Shown: positions 27,401-28,972 of the stretch, piece by piece
How the letters are laid out: each line of letters begins with the position of its first letter
Position numbering within the stretch: position 1 is the first letter of the stretch
From: Pseudomonadota bacterium
Lineage (GTDB): Bacteria; Bdellovibrionota_F; JAHFAK01; JBDREC01
Direction: 5' to 3'
Length of the DNA: 28,972 nucleotides
NCBI GenBank assembly: GCA_043820105.1
Contig: JBDREC010000028.1
Location: 62,001 to 90,972 of the forward strand
Notes under the pieces: generated by a model
Seen by the model: only the letters and a program-made list of their open reading frames with translations
Database searches by the model: none
What the model was told of the DNA's origin: nothing
Program-made: the position numbers and the translations under genes

Positions 27401-27989
27401 CATCAATCATTTCTTTCATATCTTCTTTAGTTAGCTCTTCTATTTTTTGCACTTCATGGCTGGTCCTGAAGCCTTCAAATATATGCAAAAAAGGAATCCT
27501 TGATTCAAGGGTTGCAGCTTGTGAAATTAAAGCAAAATCCATTGCTTCTTGAACTGAAGCTCCAGATAGCATAGCAAAACCAGTATTTCTAGCAGCATAA
27601 ACATCTGAATGATCACCAAAAATTGAAAGTGCCTGGCAAGCAAGAGATCTAGCTGCAATATGAAAAACTGTTGGTAATAATTCACCAGCTATTTTATGCA
27701 TATTGGGAAGCATAAGCATAAGACCTTGAGAGGCAGTAAAAGTTGAAGTCAAAGATCCAGCTGATAATGCACCGTGCACAGCGCCAGAGGCTCCACCTTC
27801 TGATTGCAATTCAGCAACTATAGGAACAACACCCCAAATATTTTTTTCACCTTTAGCAGATTTTGCATCAGCAATTTCACCCATATCAGAACTTGGGGTA
27901 ATAGGATAAATGGTCATTACTTCATTTGTTGCGTGAGCTACATGAGCAACAGCCGAGTTTCCGTCATAAGGGACTAACTTTCTAGTCAT
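24414..27989 (-). CDS. nifJ: Pyruvate:ferredoxin (flavodoxin) oxidoreductase, single-chain
   Basis: YPITPSS, QSEGGA, GSDGTVGANK, CIQCGVCSMVCP and CTGCGNCVDMC, FEYSGACAGCGET, GGDGW TPP motif. ATG 27989 preceded by AAGGAG. Confidence 0.97.
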   Translation of the reverse strand: MTRKLVPYDGNSAVAHVAHATNEVMTIYPITPSSDMGEIADAKSAKGEKNIWGVVPIVAELQSEGGASGAVHGALSAGSLTSTFTASQGLMLMLPNMHKIAGELLPTVFHIAARSLACQALSIFGDHSDVYAARNTGFAMLSGASVQEAMDFALISQAATLESRIPFLHIFEGFRTSHEVQKIEELTKEDMKEMIDDEFVIAHKNRGMSPDRPTLRGTSQNPDVYFQGREAVNKYHDACPAIVQKTMNKFAKLTGRQYKLFEYEGCADAEKVVIIMGCGAETTVETSQYLNAKNEKTGVLKVRLYRPWSAIDFIGALPKTVKKIAVLDRTKEPGCLGEPLYEDVVASITEDMINGDKHFNEFPKIYGGRYGLSSKEYTPAMVISVFENLSLDNPKNHFTVGIEDDVTNTSLDYKNIKDNPTQACETGYYRAMFYGLGSDGTVGANKNSIKIIAEQTDNFAQGYFVYDSKKAGAVTVSHLRFGKNKIRKPYLVTCANFIACHNFSFLEKYNMLKNVEHGGTFLLNSPFSKEEVWDKMPAEVQKQIIEKELKFYVIDGIKLGAEIGLGERINVIMQTAFFKISNVIPIETAVNAIKDAIRKSYGSKGEEVVNMNFKAVEAGLNNFDAVTYPKEVSSTIHMRPAVPENAPEFVQNVTAKIISQQGDDVKVSEMPADGTWPTATTQYEKRNIAVNIPVWNAETCIQCGVCSMVCPHATIRMKAYDAKCLDGAPETFKSCDAKGPSFKDMKFTLQVAPEDCTGCGNCVDMCLKKDDEAIKMMPQLPLRTQEAVNYDFFLNLPETDLNLFKPGTIKGSQFLRPLFEYSGACAGCGETSYVKLLTQLFGDRAIIANATGCSSIYGGNLPTTPYARRADGRGPAWNNSLFEDTAEIAFGMKLSVDMFTAKAFELASSMVEDYSCEETKTLLKEIMEHDQSTLVAIEELRGKICTLNEKLNASDDTRAKQLVEYIDYFVKKSIWGVGGDGWAYDIGYGGLDHVLASGKNVNLLVLDTEVYSNTGGQASKSTPMGAVAKFAAGGKPTAKKDLGLISMTYGNIYVAKVAMGASQNQVVKAFMEAEAYNGPSIILAYSHCIAHGIKMTEGYRAQKKAVDSGHWPLLRFNPDNIKEGKNPLMLDSKAPSITMSDFAGSENRFKVLHRMNPEAAKKLGKMAQSDTDRRNSLYTQLSEINCKSEEK

Positions 27990-28007
27990 TTTTATACTCC
28001 TTTTATT

Positions 28008-28075
28008 TAAGTGGTAAGCTGTAAGTGGTAAGTGGTAAGTTTTTATAAAATTAAGCACTTAACTTATAACTTAAT
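28008..28075. repeat. Heptamer array (TAAGTGG)x5 with a degenerate inverted counterpart upstream of PFOR
   Basis: taagtgg taagctg taagtgg taagtgg taagttt ... cacttaacttataacttaa. Confidence 0.8.
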
Positions 28076-28180
28076 AAATATTTATAATTCAAACCTCTAA
28101 ATTTTTGTTGCCTCCCTTTAGAATATTAGGAAGGCTTTGTCAATAAATTATAGGTTTTTAGGTAAAATGAAAAATTGGAA

Positions 28181-28215
28181 TTAATTCTTAATTGTTAATT
28201 ATTGATTGTTAATTA
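28181..28215. repeat. Heptamer array (TTAATTR)x5
   Basis: ttaattc ttaattg ttaatta ttgattg ttaatta. Confidence 0.7.
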
Positions 28216-28224
28216 TTTTCATTC

Positions 28225-28662
28225 CTAAAATTTACAATAATCAATATTATGGAAAGTCCGACTTGCATATTCATTATCATCAACTTCAATGAATTGAGCT
28301 ACAATATCACTTGAAAAGTCTGTTTGGCTTAAAGTTGAAGTGTTGCAATCCAAAGAACTAAGATCACAAATAACGATTCTAACAGAATCTCTATTATTTG
28401 AGTGAAGGCTTGTGTATAAGGCGTAATATTTTCCATTACTTACCTTAGCACTGTATAGGTTCAAATCATTACTTACTTCTAAATCAATTTTTTGTTAATA
28501 AGAAAAAGAAGATGCAGCTAATTGATCAGCAGAAGCATCTGACTGTTCAGAACCAGATGATTCTTCACTTAAATCTATGCTTGTATTTGTTACCTCACAA
28601 GAAGGAAACACAAAGACAATTGTCAGATTCAATAATAGAAAAAGTTCCTTTGTCTTTTTCAT
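28225..28662 (-). pseudogene. Putative lipoprotein interrupted by an in-frame TAA
   Basis: MKKTKELFLLLNLTIVFVFPSC EVTNT...SSFSY-stop(28495-28497)-QKIDLEVSNDLNLYSAK..., continuing in frame into the 28225..28464 ORF. Confidence 0.6.
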
Positions 28663-28972
28663 GGTTTGCTCAGTATGTATAAAAAAGAATGACTTAATTT
28701 TTTAATCTTCTGAATCAACTTCCATTTCCGCACCTAAATAAGCATCTCCAGACCCTGATTGGTCTCTGACTATTACCTGAGCATATTCACCATTTGTATC
28801 ATCATCATCTAAATCTTGATAAACATGAATTATACTTTTCATTATAATGGCACTATGAACATAATCTCTAAAAAAACGCTACCAATCCACCTATTCCATG
28901 ATCTTCAAATTGAAATAAACTGGGAGTGAGCAATAAAAAGATGGCAAGACTGAGGTATAAAACGCATTCCGG

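Noticed and set aside
27990-28058. N-terminal extension of PFOR in the ORF track
   Set aside because: Derived from the TAAGTGG array; RBS and homology start at ATG 27989.
28115-28143. Sigma70 promoter for PFOR (TTGACA-17 nt-TAAAGG on - strand)
   Set aside because: Perfect -35 but poor -10; not supportable without TSS data.
28702-28972. Possible frameshifted gene end on the - strand (...DDDDTNGEYAQVIVRDQSGSGDAYLGAEMEVDSED-stop)
   Set aside because: Looks coding but is interrupted by stops near a T7 run and cut by the window edge; no family recognisable.

Overview
AT-rich bacterial DNA that is mostly a large, rearranged surface-glycan (O-antigen/capsule-like) locus, followed by a housekeeping pyruvate:ferredoxin oxidoreductase (nifJ/por). 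The taxon cannot be assigned from this window. Block 1 (+, 1-9856) is a tightly coupled operon: Zn-finger methyltransferase-like protein, D-2-hydroxyacid dehydrogenase, GmhA-like isomerase, SDR, AroB-like sugar-phosphate cyclase, CMP-transferase-cupin fusion, an unclassified HP-motif GT-B-like transferase, LAT-like aminotransferase, methyltransferase and radical SAM enzyme. A paralogue of that transferase lies on the - strand. Block 2 (+) is an FkbM/CstII-Maf-like fusion and a carbamoyltransferase-SxtJ-DUF5989 trio. Block 3 (-) is a flippase-like gene, a PseG-like gene, a 2.2-kb scar zone, intact wzm/wzt, an SGNH protein and a second CMP-transferase. The scar zone holds a wzm 3' remnant, an MNT-HEPN pair flanked by heptamer arrays, a wzt 5' fragment, a ~96% copy of the pseG-like 3' half and a gluconolactonase remnant. 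Best candidate for an undescribed system (inference): a pathway making a CMP-activated cyclitol or unusual acidic sugar, with dedicated transferases. A second candidate is a heptamer-array-flanked TA cassette. All family assignments come from motif recognition by eye; no database searches were run.
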